DNA of 50,158 nucleotides from a candidate division WOR-3 bacterium. GTDB taxonomy: Bacteria; Hydrothermota; Tepidihabitantia; Tepidihabitantales; JAOUPE01. Positions 18,227 through 27,981 of the stretch are shown piece by piece. Every line of letters begins with the position of its first letter. The stretch's first letter is position 1. The position numbers and the translations under genes are program-made. The notes below the pieces were generated by a model that searched no databases, was not told the origin of the DNA, and saw nothing but the letters and a program-made list of their open reading frames with translations. Location of the stretch: contig JBDRUX010000004.1 of the NCBI GenBank assembly GCA_039801565.1, forward strand, positions 1 through 50,158, given 5' to 3'.

Positions 18227-19981
18227 ATGTTTAAAATAAAGTTGGTTTTTGATTTCTGGAAAAGGCAGAAAACTCGACTTATCTTGCTTATTCTATTTAC
18301 GGCGATTGGAACTGCGATTTCGCTCTCCTTTCCTTTGATTCTCCGTTATATCATTGATGGTATTCGGACTAAGTTAGCCACCCCAGTCGTAATAAAATTT
18401 GTGTTGATTCTTTTAGGTTTTGGAATTGGGCGTTCTTTAATCTCAGTCTTTCTGCCATTTGCCCGGGGTCGGACTAATGAACTATTTATGTGGCATACCC
18501 GAAATAATGTCTTCACTCAGATTCTTAGGATGGGACACCGGTTTACCAATAAATTTCCTTCTGGTGATGTGATTGAACGGCTCGACCACGACTTACAGGA
18601 TTTATCCTGGTTTGCCTGTTCCGGAATCTTTCGACCAGTTGAAGGAATCTTTACCATCATTATTGCTTTGATCATTCTGATTCGAATGAATCCGCTCTTC
18701 ACTCTAATAACCGTTTCACCGGTAACATTAGCAATTTTTGCTTGGCTGAAGTTAGGACCATTGATAGAAAAGTGGTATCTTGCCTGGCGGGAAAAGATTT
18801 CGGAGACGAACAATCACTTGGAAGCCAACTTTTCTGGTATCAAACTGGTCAAGTCTTATGTTATGGAAGAACGGAGTCAGAAACTTTTCCGAGAGACTTT
18901 GAATCAAAGAATCGCCGCTGCGGTCAAGACCGTGATTGTGGAAGCAAAAATTGGTATAATTTTTAATGGTATTGCCGAATTGGGTATCCTTTTGGTACTA
19001 TGGGTTGGTGGGATATTTGTCATAAAACAAAAATTGACCTTAGGTGAGTTCGTTGCTTTCAATGGCTATATCCTAATGTTAATCACGCCGATGTTCGATA
19101 TTGGCAATTTCTTTGTTGCCGGCAAACGCGCTACTGCAGCCGAAAGCCGGATTCGCGAACTGGCGGAATTTAAACCGGATGTGCCCCTGAATTCAATTCA
19201 GGATAGGGGTCAGATTTATCTGACCTTAGACACTGCCATCTCGCCAACAATTGAAGTGAACGATGTCACTTTCAGTTATAATGGCAAAACCGTACTCAAT
19301 AACATTAATCTCAAAATTCCAGCCAAAGCAAAAATCGGTATTGCTGGTACGGTCGGGTCGGGCAAGAGCACAATTATGCGGCTACTTTTGGGTATCGCTG
19401 AGCCTAATCAAGGCAGTATCAAATTGAATGGCATCCCCCTAAAGGAGATTGATATAAGGACTTGGCGTCAAATCTATGGTTACGCTCCCCAAGAGCCGGT
19501 GCTCTTTTCGGATACGATTAGAAATAATATCCTATTCGGTCGTAATGCCAACGAACAAGAACTTAACCAGGTAGTAAAAATTGCCCAGTTGGAACAAGAG
19601 ATAAAGGATATGCCAAAAGGGTTGGATGAACTGATTGGCGAGCGTGGCTTAAAATTATCCGGTGGTCAGAAGGCACGGGTCGCAATCGCCCGAGCCCTTT
19701 TGGGCAAACCGAAGATATTATTATTGGACGATGTCACTTCCAATCTTGATGCCGAGACCGAGCAGAAATTCTTCGAAGCTGTGACCGATTTTATTAAAGA
19801 CTCAACTTTAGTTATTATCTCCCATCGCTTGGCGATATTGAGTAACTGCGATATTATCTATGTCTTAGATAATGGTAAAATTGTTGAGCAAGGGACCCAT
19901 AACGAACTCTTAGCGAAAAGGAATCTTTACTGGCAACTCTACCAACGCCAGTTAATGGCTGAAGAATTGGCAAGAATGTAA
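18227..19981 (+). CDS. ABC exporter, fused permease/ATPase (MdlA-like half, degenerate site)
   Basis: GTVGSGKS and LSGGQ motifs. Walker B LLLDD (Asp in place of catalytic Glu), as in heterodimeric exporters. Confidence 0.92.
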   Translation: MFKIKLVFDFWKRQKTRLILLILFTAIGTAISLSFPLILRYIIDGIRTKLATPVVIKFVLILLGFGIGRSLISVFLPFARGRTNELFMWHTRNNVFTQILRMGHRFTNKFPSGDVIERLDHDLQDLSWFACSGIFRPVEGIFTIIIALIILIRMNPLFTLITVSPVTLAIFAWLKLGPLIEKWYLAWREKISETNNHLEANFSGIKLVKSYVMEERSQKLFRETLNQRIAAAVKTVIVEAKIGIIFNGIAELGILLVLWVGGIFVIKQKLTLGEFVAFNGYILMLITPMFDIGNFFVAGKRATAAESRIRELAEFKPDVPLNSIQDRGQIYLTLDTAISPTIEVNDVTFSYNGKTVLNNINLKIPAKAKIGIAGTVGSGKSTIMRLLLGIAEPNQGSIKLNGIPLKEIDIRTWRQIYGYAPQEPVLFSDTIRNNILFGRNANEQELNQVVKIAQLEQEIKDMPKGLDELIGERGLKLSGGQKARVAIARALLGKPKILLLDDVTSNLDAETEQKFFEAVTDFIKDSTLVIISHRLAILSNCDIIYVLDNGKIVEQGTHNELLAKRNLYWQLYQRQLMAEELARM

Positions 19982-19994
19982 AATCAGAATTACA

Positions 19995-20933
19995 ATGGGT
20001 CTATTTGGTCCGGTTCAAGCGCCCGATTTAATTTATTTCACTAGTCAATTGGCAACACTGTATAAATCTGGTGTGACAATACCTTCTGCCATCAGTACCT
20101 TACAAAGGCAAACCCAAAATCCAACTTTAGCCAAGACTTTGGCACTGATTAAAAAGGATTTATCTACCGGAAGTACTCTTGCCGAGGCGATGGCAAAATT
20201 TTCCAAAATATTCGATAGGTTGTATGTCAATTCGGTCTGGGCAGGCGAAACGACCGGTGCTTTAGATGAAATATTATTTCGACTCACGGAACTATTAAAG
20301 ATTCAGTTCCAATTAAGGCAGGAGGTCTTTCTTGCTTTACGATATCCGATAATCCTAACGGCTTTAATATTATCCCTAACCTTTTTAAAGTTTAAAATAC
20401 TCTTTTTATTTATTGTTGGGCTGGTTATTATATTGGCCGGCTTCCTATTATTCTTTTATGCTATCACACGAGCGAAAAGGCGGAGAATTCACCAGGATAG
20501 GTTTATCTTAAAAGTTCCGCTGATTGGACCGTTAATTTTTCAACTAACAATGTTTCGTTTTGCCTGGTTATTTGAAATTATCAATCGCACCGGTTCAGAA
20601 CTTACCAAAAGCTTGAGATTGGTTGCCCAGACATTGAGTAACGATTTCATATCAGCCCAAATTGAAAAGATTATTCAAGCAATACTGCAGGGTAAAAAGT
20701 TAGCCAATTCGATTCAAGAGTTAAAAATCTTTTCGCCACTGGTTATTCAAATGTTAGCCACTGGTGAAGAAACCGGCAAATTAGCTGAGATGTTAAAAAG
20801 CGTTACCAGCCATTATGAAGCCGAACTCGACCAAACGATAAGAAATTTTCCGGGCGCAGTTAAAGTTATGATTTCACTTATGCTTGCTTTATTTGCCTTT
20901 CTTTTCATTCAAGCAATCGTGCCAGTATGTTGA
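19995..20933 (+). CDS. Type II secretion F / PilC family inner-membrane platform protein (short form)
   Basis: FTSQLATLYKSGV, FDRLYVN..AGE.TGALD, ALRYP and QMLATGEETGKL repeats of the T2SSF domain. Confidence 0.85.
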   Translation: MGLFGPVQAPDLIYFTSQLATLYKSGVTIPSAISTLQRQTQNPTLAKTLALIKKDLSTGSTLAEAMAKFSKIFDRLYVNSVWAGETTGALDEILFRLTELLKIQFQLRQEVFLALRYPIILTALILSLTFLKFKILFLFIVGLVIILAGFLLFFYAITRAKRRRIHQDRFILKVPLIGPLIFQLTMFRFAWLFEIINRTGSELTKSLRLVAQTLSNDFISAQIEKIIQAILQGKKLANSIQELKIFSPLVIQMLATGEETGKLAEMLKSVTSHYEAELDQTIRNFPGAVKVMISLMLALFAFLFIQAIVPVC

Positions 20934-21224
20934 TATCTTATAAAAATCTTGAAACGATTAGACAGTCTTGGCTATTCCTCCGGATCCGTTTTTCTCAACG
21001 CAACGAGAAATGGATATTTCCTTCCAGCAGAAAAGGGTCGATTCAACACAACCCCAAAAAAAATCAGTAGTTGGTAAAAATAATTACGAACATAGCTTTT
21101 TCCATAAAGGTTAGTTATAACTAACGCCTTGGTTTAGCTGAAAATTTTTCTTTCTGTTTGATTTTTAATATCTTATATTTGGGATTAGTATGGGGGAGGG
21201 TATGGTGGGGTAGCGGTATAGGAG

Positions 21225-21452
21225 ACGGTGTCGGAGGTTCCTTCCCAGGTGGCCTACTGGACTATCTACCAGGCTGCTTACCGGCTTGCCTCCCAGATTG
21301 CCTACTGAGTCGCTTCCGAAGGTGCCCGCAAACCCACTCTCCAACTTGCTCCCTAAATAGCCTCGGAAGCGACCCGACGGGCAACCCTCCAAGCAACCTA
21401 CCAGACAGCTTATGGGCTAGCCTACGGGGTAGCCCCCTAAGCGATACCCACT
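21225..21452 (+). repeat. 12-bp-period array element, copy 1 (19 units)
   Basis: Units acggtgtcggag/gttccttcccag/gtggcctactgg/.../ctagcctacggg/gtagccccctaa/gcgatacccact, then CCCAA. Collinear with copies 2 and 3. Confidence 0.9.
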
Positions 21453-21638
21453 CCCAAATGAAAAATTAGCCTAACCGACAGAAGACCAAGACGATAGACG
21501 AAAAACTGGTCAATTTTTTGAAAGCAAAATAAATATTTTTAAAATTCGCAGAGTTTTAACAATAAGCGAAAAATTAAAACTTTTCTAAATCGAACCTATT
21601 GTAACGCAGAAGCTAACCAAGAGGAAGACTTCTCGAAT

Positions 21639-22766
21639 CTAAAAGAGTTTCAAAACCGGTAGGTTAAAAAGTAAAGCAAAAAGTGAGGTGATGATAAGAA
21701 CGCCGATGATAAAAGCCTTGCTGTAATCTTGTCCTTTTAAGGCGCCGAGCAAAAGCGGCTCGCGGGCTAAATAAGCCGATGCGGCATAAAGTTCTTCACC
21801 CATCAAAGTGTAATCACAGGCAGTAATGAAAAATGGCAATTGCATCACCGCATCCGTGCCGGCAATTTGAATTGCACCAGTGGCAGCACCAGTTTCCGCT
21901 AAAATTAAGGATTCCGCCCAGAAATAACCAATGAAGAAATTGGTCGCTGGCATCTCCCGAGTCATTATCCCATCTACCGCTGCGGCAAAGGCAAATTGGT
22001 CGTCGGTAACAAAAAATACACTGTCCGGATTAAAGGTGTCAGGGTGACCGGCTTGGGTATATGACTCTTTCACTACTTCGCGGGCAACTGTATAGACAAT
22101 CGGGTCAGCACAGGGAACTATTAAATTGGTTGAATAGCGGGCGGTAGTTTTGCCAATTTCACTTAAAATATTGAGCGAAGCCAGAGTCGCCACATCATCC
22201 ATTGTGGAAAGCCCAGGGACATATAGGATTGGCTTACCCATTTCGGTTGCTCGTCCTACTGCTTCTTCGACCGCTGTCAAACCAGCAATTTTGCGAATAA
22301 ATAATTTGACCCCACGTTTGGCTTGTGAAATAAAAAAGAGGATTAAAAATATAAATAAAGCGGTAAAGACCACAATGTTAATTTTATTGGTGTCAAACCA
22401 TTGGGGATAACTTTTCGCCGGGTTAGATACCGCTTCTGCCCTCTCCTCATCCCTCACTGCAACAATTTTGTAATAATATACCATACCGTCTTGGACTTCT
22501 TCATCTAAATAGGAATTAACCCCTCGCCCCCGAAATGCCACTTGAAGGAAAACAGTGTCATTTTCACCCTTGCGATAAATTTCATAACCGGCAAGAGTCG
22601 GGTCATCGGCAGCAATCGTCCAAGTGACCATTATCTTACCGCCACCGTCATTAGGATTATCCCGGGCATAAACATCTTTTGGTGGCGCCAATTCCCCAAA
22701 AACCAATCGTAATGCGATACTATTAAATAGTATTAAAAACCGAATGGTACGCCGATTAAATCGCAT
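21639..22766 (-). CDS. FN3-domain membrane protein with conserved C-terminal domain (DUF6754-like)
   Basis: Likely start ATG 22766. FN3 segment ARDNPND.GG..VTW..GYEIYR..YYYKIVA, a TM helix, then IRKIAGLTAVEEAVGRATEMGKP. The DUF number is recalled from memory. Confidence 0.7.
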   Translation of the reverse strand: MRFNRRTIRFLILFNSIALRLVFGELAPPKDVYARDNPNDGGGKIMVTWTIAADDPTLAGYEIYRKGENDTVFLQVAFRGRGVNSYLDEEVQDGMVYYYKIVAVRDEERAEAVSNPAKSYPQWFDTNKINIVVFTALFIFLILFFISQAKRGVKLFIRKIAGLTAVEEAVGRATEMGKPILYVPGLSTMDDVATLASLNILSEIGKTTARYSTNLIVPCADPIVYTVAREVVKESYTQAGHPDTFNPDSVFFVTDDQFAFAAAVDGIMTREMPATNFFIGYFWAESLILAETGAATGAIQIAGTDAVMQLPFFITACDYTLMGEELYAASAYLAREPLLLGALKGQDYSKAFIIGVLIITSLFALLFNLPVLKLF

Positions 22767-24258
22767 CCGAACCATTACCCAATCGTTCCACACAATAGCG
22801 GTCAGTTTCCATCAGGGTTAATTCGCTTTTGGTAATCCGGGTTGGATACTCACCAGAAAAACAGGCAGTACAAAACCGACGAGTTTTGTCACCACCACTA
22901 ACCCCATCAATCAATCCAGCGTAGGTCTGATAAATTAAAACATCCGCCCCAATCATCTTACGAATCTTTTCTACCGAATTCTTTCGGGCGATGAATTCAC
23001 CCCGAGTCATCATATCAATCCCATAGACACAAGGAAACTTCAGGGGCGGTGAGGTTACGGCATAGTAGATTTCTTTAGCCCCAGCCTCCCGGACAATCGC
23101 CACAATCTCCTTAGAAGTCGTTCCCCGGACAATACTATCATCGACAATTAAAACCTTTCGGCGTTGAATTTCACTACGAATTGGATTAAGTTTTTGCCGA
23201 ACCGCCAGCCCCCGATTCTCAGTTCTGGGCATAATGAAAGTCCGGGCAATGTAGCGATTCTTGATCAAACCCTCCCGTTCATCCACACCCATCACCTTAG
23301 CTAATGAAGTCGCTGCAGCCCGAGCCGTATCCGGAACTGGTATCACCACATCCGGCTTTAAGCCCTGTTTCAAACACTCCTTTGCTAAATTGACACCCAG
23401 GCGAAATCGTGCCTCATACACTCCAATCCCATCAATTACCGAATCCGGTCGAGCAAAATAAACCCATTCGAAAATACAAGGGGCAGGAGTTTCTGATTTA
23501 ATAACCTTGGAATGCAAGTGCCCTGACCAATCAATGAAAATTGCCTCGCCTGGTCTCACGTCCCGCACAATTCGATAGCCCAATAGGTCAAATGCTGCGC
23601 TTTCCGAGGCAAAGGCAAAAGCATTATCCTTTTCACCAAAGATTAAAGGCTTGATGCCCTTAGGGTCACGAAAAGCCAGCATCCCCTTATTAGCAATAAG
23701 CACAACGACCGAATAACTGCCTTTAACCCTCTTGATTACGCCAGCCACTGCAGCAAAGATTAACTGAGGGAGTCTATTAACTGTGGCACAAGTTCGGTCC
23801 CGTTTCACTCTACCTAAACTTTGCATTTCATCAGCAAAAACATTTAAAATCGCTTCGGCATCCGAAAAAGAATTAAGTTGCCGCAAACAATTTTCAGCCA
23901 AGTCTTTTCGCAAAGCGAAATAGTTGGTGACATTGCCATTGTGCACTAAGGCTATTCCAAATGGCGCATTGACAAAAAAGGGTTGAGCGTCTTCAACACT
24001 ACCCGGACCAATCGTTGGATAACGGACATGACCAATTCCGGCATTGCCTTTGAGCCGAGCCAGATTTTTCTCGTTAAAGACTCGGCTGACCAAACCATTC
24101 CCCTTCTTTAGATGGAACATCTCATCATAAGTGATTATCCCTGCTGAATCCTGACCCCGATGCTGGAGGGCAATTAGCCCTTCGTATAATTCGGTTACCA
24201 CATCCGGCCGATTTTTATCCCTCACCGGTGGATAAAAGATTCCTAATACACCACACAT
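22756..24258 (-). CDS. purF: Amidophosphoribosyltransferase
   Basis: N-terminal MCG, LQHRGQDSAG, GHVRYPT and PRPP loop VDDSIVRGTT. Fe-S ligand-type cysteines PCIFE, PCVYG and CTAC. Confidence 0.97.
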   Translation of the reverse strand: MCGVLGIFYPPVRDKNRPDVVTELYEGLIALQHRGQDSAGIITYDEMFHLKKGNGLVSRVFNEKNLARLKGNAGIGHVRYPTIGPGSVEDAQPFFVNAPFGIALVHNGNVTNYFALRKDLAENCLRQLNSFSDAEAILNVFADEMQSLGRVKRDRTCATVNRLPQLIFAAVAGVIKRVKGSYSVVVLIANKGMLAFRDPKGIKPLIFGEKDNAFAFASESAAFDLLGYRIVRDVRPGEAIFIDWSGHLHSKVIKSETPAPCIFEWVYFARPDSVIDGIGVYEARFRLGVNLAKECLKQGLKPDVVIPVPDTARAAATSLAKVMGVDEREGLIKNRYIARTFIMPRTENRGLAVRQKLNPIRSEIQRRKVLIVDDSIVRGTTSKEIVAIVREAGAKEIYYAVTSPPLKFPCVYGIDMMTRGEFIARKNSVEKIRKMIGADVLIYQTYAGLIDGVSGGDKTRRFCTACFSGEYPTRITKSELTLMETDRYCVERLGNGSDAI

Positions 24259-24267
24259 TATCTAACC

Positions 24268-24295
24268 ATTTTAGCCGATGTTTTCAAAAGGTCAA
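24268..24295 (-). promoter_or_regulatory. Putative sigma70 promoter of purF
   Basis: TTGACC-16-TAAAAT-9 nt-ATG; no SD. Confidence 0.55.
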
Positions 24296-24397
24296 TCCCT
24301 AACAATCAACCGAAAAACAAGTTCAGGGTTTCTCTTTTCTTGCAAAATCTGATTCAGATTAGACGCAGTCGAATTCTTAAGGAGTTTTCTCTTTCTA

Positions 24398-24414
24398 AAT
24401 CGGCTTCGCCGATT
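24398..24414 (-). terminator. Hairpin at the 3' end of the GNAT gene (possible terminator)
   Basis: aatcggc-ttc-gccgatt, a 7-bp stem overlapping the stop codon; weak U-tract. Confidence 0.4.
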
Positions 24415-25526
24415 CAGATAGTTATGCCATAAATTCGGTATCGTTTATAGAGTTTACTGCCCCAAAGTTCAATCGGTCTTTGGATGTCAATATTATCCTC
24501 AAGTATCCAAGAAACTTCACCCCATTTGATACCCAATCTTTTGGCACCTGCAAAGGTCTCATAATAAAGCAGAGCATCGAGTCCCATCTTGCGAAACTTA
24601 TCTTTTACTCCTAATGCCCAAAGCCGGGCGGATTGAATCTTATTTTTACCCAATAACAGCCTAAAGATTCCGAATGGGAAAAGCCGACCTTTTAACTTGA
24701 TCAGAATTTCATTATAATTGGGCAAAGCAATACTCATTCCAGCCGGTTCGTTATTAATTTCAACAATTGGAATAATTTCAGGACGGGCTAAAGGCTTTAA
24801 TAATTTAAATAAGTCGTCAATCTCTTCATCAGTGAGTGGGGCAAAATCCCAATTTTGTGACCAAGCATTATTGTATATCTCCTTTATTTTCTTTTTTTCC
24901 AGCTCTTGTTGGCTAAAGTCAATCTTGCGAACTTTTACTCCCGGTCGGCTTTTAATGGCGTTAATCACCCGTTGCAATTTCTCGGGTACTGCCGCATCGG
25001 TCCTCAAATAGTAGGCGTATAAGTCCTTTTCCTTTTTCATTCCGTATTTTTCCACTAAATCTAAATAATATTTTGGATTATAAGGCATCTTGACCATCGG
25101 TGGTGAATCGAAACCTTCAACCAAAAAACCACATTCGTCATAAAGACCAGGATTAGCTGGACCAATCATCCGAACCATTCCTCTTGATTTTAACCAATCG
25201 GCAGTAGAGTCGAGAAGCACCTTGGCAACCTCAAAGTCATTGACAACTTCAAAAAAACCAAAATAACCAACCGCAGTTTGGTGGTATTGGACATAGTTAT
25301 AATCAATAATTGCGGCGATTCTACCCAATATTTCTTTGCCGTTATGAGCAATGAATAATTCGCGGGCAGCATGGCGGAAGAACGGATTTTTTTGAGGATT
25401 TAAGGTCCGTTTTACATCGCTGATAATGGGTGAGACATAATTGGGGTCAGACTGATAAAGCTTTAAGGGAAATTTGACGAATGCATCGAGTTCTTTTTCG
25501 CTTTCAATCTTTTTCACTGTAAGCAT
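24414..25526 (-). CDS. GNAT-family N-acetyltransferase (YghO-like)
   Basis: FVKFP..LY..DPN, GRIAAI, GYFGFFE, MPYNPKYY and SWILEDN motifs. Confidence 0.8.
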   Translation of the reverse strand: MLTVKKIESEKELDAFVKFPLKLYQSDPNYVSPIISDVKRTLNPQKNPFFRHAARELFIAHNGKEILGRIAAIIDYNYVQYHQTAVGYFGFFEVVNDFEVAKVLLDSTADWLKSRGMVRMIGPANPGLYDECGFLVEGFDSPPMVKMPYNPKYYLDLVEKYGMKKEKDLYAYYLRTDAAVPEKLQRVINAIKSRPGVKVRKIDFSQQELEKKKIKEIYNNAWSQNWDFAPLTDEEIDDLFKLLKPLARPEIIPIVEINNEPAGMSIALPNYNEILIKLKGRLFPFGIFRLLLGKNKIQSARLWALGVKDKFRKMGLDALLYYETFAGAKRLGIKWGEVSWILEDNIDIQRPIELWGSKLYKRYRIYGITI

Positions 25527-25551
25527 CGCTTAACCCTTTTTGACATCTTGA

Positions 25552-25580
25552 ACTATAAAGTTCCTCATCGCTAATGTCAA
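25552..25580 (-). promoter_or_regulatory. Putative sigma70 promoter of the GNAT gene
   Basis: TTGACA-17-TATAGT. Confidence 0.6.
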
Positions 25581-25730
25581 TCGGTTGATAATTGCCAAAA
25601 ACGCTAACGGCTATTTAGAAAAACCCTGCATTTCCCATAGCTCTTTTTTATCTTCCCGTTCTTGACCCAGGGTCACGGGTGTTACCGAGAAGCGAGAATC
25701 TCTGTCTCTTTGGCGGTTTCCTCATCTTAC

Positions 25731-26837
25731 CTAAATTAAAAATTTGCCATCGCGGTAGATTAATTCGCCATCGGCATAAACCTCACTACCCTTTCTTAAG
25801 TCACAAACCATATCCCAATGAATTGCTGACTTATTCTTGCCACCGGCTTCAGGTAATGAAGCGCCCAAAGCGATATGAATTGTACCACCAATCTTTTCAT
25901 CAAAAAGGGTGTGTTTAATGAAACGTTGGATTCCGTAGTTGTTGCCGAAGGAAAATTCGCCAACATAGCGTGCACCGGCATCGGTATCGAGCATCGCTTT
26001 TAAGAAATCTTCGCCTTTTGCCGCACTGGCTTTGATGACCCGCCCCGCCTCAAATTGTAAGCGGACATCTTCTACTTCTTTCCCTTGATAGACTGCCGGG
26101 TAAGTGTAACGAATTGAACCTTCGACCGATTCTTCAATCGGTGAAGTAAAAATTTCGCCATCCGGGAAATTTAGATGGCCATCGCAATTTATCCACTTTC
26201 GTCCTTGCACCTCAAAAGTCAAATCGGTATCAGACGCTTTAATCCGAAATTGCCTCTTTTTGCTCAATTCTTCAATTAACGTCGCCTGTTGCCGGGAAAG
26301 ATTTTGCCACTCGGCAATCGGGTCGGGTCTGTCTAAAAAACCAGCGGTGAAGACAAAATCTTCAAATTCACTTAAAGACATCTCAGCATCTTGGGCATTG
26401 GCCTGGGTAGGGAATAGAGTACCACACCAGCGCAACTCGTGACGGCTAATTCGTTCCAGCCGGCGGTTGAATAAATCTTTCCTTGCCCCAAAATACATCG
26501 CAACCCGCTTGGCATCAACATTGGTGAGATACTTGGTGTTCCAATCGCCCCAAAGGGTTAACTGAGCATCGAGTTTCTCACAAGTCAACCAATCAATCGG
26601 TGAGACAAATTTCAACTGTTCCTCCGAAGCATTTTTATAAAAAATTTCCTGAAGTCCTTCGATGGTAACCATTGTATAGGGATTAGCCCCCAAAAGCAGT
26701 GCTTCTTTAAATACCGCTTTGATGAGCGGTTCGGTTAGATAACTGCCATCGATTCGGAATAGGTCGCCCTTTTTTAACTCCAACGAATATCGGGTAAGGA
26801 CTTTTGCCATCTTTTCAATTCTTGGGTCAATCATCAT
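25731..26837 (-). CDS. Aminopeptidase, peptidase M29 (AmpS/AmpT) family
   Basis: NFPDGEIFT, GEFSFG, LFDEKIGGTIHIALG and SAIHWD motifs. Confidence 0.93.
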   Translation of the reverse strand: MMIDPRIEKMAKVLTRYSLELKKGDLFRIDGSYLTEPLIKAVFKEALLLGANPYTMVTIEGLQEIFYKNASEEQLKFVSPIDWLTCEKLDAQLTLWGDWNTKYLTNVDAKRVAMYFGARKDLFNRRLERISRHELRWCGTLFPTQANAQDAEMSLSEFEDFVFTAGFLDRPDPIAEWQNLSRQQATLIEELSKKRQFRIKASDTDLTFEVQGRKWINCDGHLNFPDGEIFTSPIEESVEGSIRYTYPAVYQGKEVEDVRLQFEAGRVIKASAAKGEDFLKAMLDTDAGARYVGEFSFGNNYGIQRFIKHTLFDEKIGGTIHIALGASLPEAGGKNKSAIHWDMVCDLRKGSEVYADGELIYRDGKFLI

Positions 26838-26880
26838 TACCTCCTATTGATGCAACAAATCTTGAAACGATTCTTCATCC

Positions 26881-27981
26881 CTAAATAAGAAATTTCCCAT
26901 TTTCGTAAATTAATTTACCATCGGCATAGACTTGGCCTTGGTGCATATCGCAAATCATATCCCAATGAAAAGAAGATTGATTCTTACCACCGGTTTCAGG
27001 ATATGCAGCGCCTAAGGCACAATGAATCGTACCACCAATCTTTTCGTCGAAAAGAATCATTTTGGTAAAGCGCTGGATATTCTTATTGTTACCGAAGGCA
27101 AATTCACCCAAAGTTCTTGCTCCCGCATCTAAATTTAATAAAGCATCGAGTAGGTCTTGACCCTTTTCAGCGGTTGCTCGGATAACTTTACCGTCTTGGA
27201 ACTGTAAGGTGATGCCTTGCACTTCGCGACCAAGATAGATTGCCGGATAAGAAAAATGGATAAAGCCAAAGACCGAGTCTTCAACTGGACAGGTAAAAAT
27301 TTCGCCGGACGGAAAATTAGCTCTGCCATCAGAATTTATCCATCGCCGACCCGCAACCGAGAAGGTTAAATCGGTAGAGGGGCCAATCACTTTAATCTGA
27401 TGAATTTTATTTAAGAATGAGACCAACCGGGCTTGCTCGGCGGACAATTTCTGCCATTCAGCAATCGGGTCAGGCGAATTTAAAAAACAGGCGGAAAAGA
27501 CAAACTCCTCGTATTCGCTTAAAGACATTTCAGCTTCTTGGGCAAAGGATTGAGTTGGAAAGAGGGTTAAACAAGATTTCAGTTCGCCTTGGGCCTTGCG
27601 GGTTAAAAGTAATGAAAGGATTTGCCGTTGACTTTCGCGCCAACGCGCAATCTTTTTAGAATCAATATTGGCGAGCGATTTAATATTGGAGTCGCTATAA
27701 ATGAAGAGCCGGGCTTGTAAAAGTTCAGCTTCCCGCTTTTCAATATCGGATAGAAATAAAATCTGCTCATCACTGGCGTAGCGGTAAAATATTTCGGTCA
27801 ATTCCGGAATTGCCACTTTGGTATAGGGATGGGCACCAACTGCTAAGGCGGCGCGGTAAACTTCTTTCATCAAAGGTATTGCCAGATAAGACCCTTCAAT
27901 TCGAAAGAGTTCTTTTTCCCGTAAAGTTAGGGAATATTCAACAATCACCTTTGCCATCTTAATAATCCGTGGGTCGGTCAT
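26881..27981 (-). CDS. Aminopeptidase, peptidase M29 family (tandem paralogue)
   Basis: NFPSGEIFT, LFDEKIGGTIHCALG and SSFHWD motifs. Confidence 0.93.
   Translation of the reverse strand: MTDPRIIKMAKVIVEYSLTLREKELFRIEGSYLAIPLMKEVYRAALAVGAHPYTKVAIPELTEIFYRYASDEQILFLSDIEKREAELLQARLFIYSDSNIKSLANIDSKKIARWRESQRQILSLLLTRKAQGELKSCLTLFPTQSFAQEAEMSLSEYEEFVFSACFLNSPDPIAEWQKLSAEQARLVSFLNKIHQIKVIGPSTDLTFSVAGRRWINSDGRANFPSGEIFTCPVEDSVFGFIHFSYPAIYLGREVQGITLQFQDGKVIRATAEKGQDLLDALLNLDAGARTLGEFAFGNNKNIQRFTKMILFDEKIGGTIHCALGAAYPETGGKNQSSFHWDMICDMHQGQVYADGKLIYENGKFLI

Noticed and set aside
21158-21469. ORFs 21158-21469 (+) and 21165-21392 (-) over array copy 1
   Set aside because: Low-complexity by-products of a GC-rich 12-bp periodicity, with no SD; start and stop positions are not shared between copies.
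20944-26872. Exact 16-mer AAATCTTGAAACGATT at 20944-20959 and 26857-26872, both intergenic
   Set aside because: Only two AT-rich copies, in differing orientation relative to adjacent genes; cannot be distinguished from chance without a genome scan.
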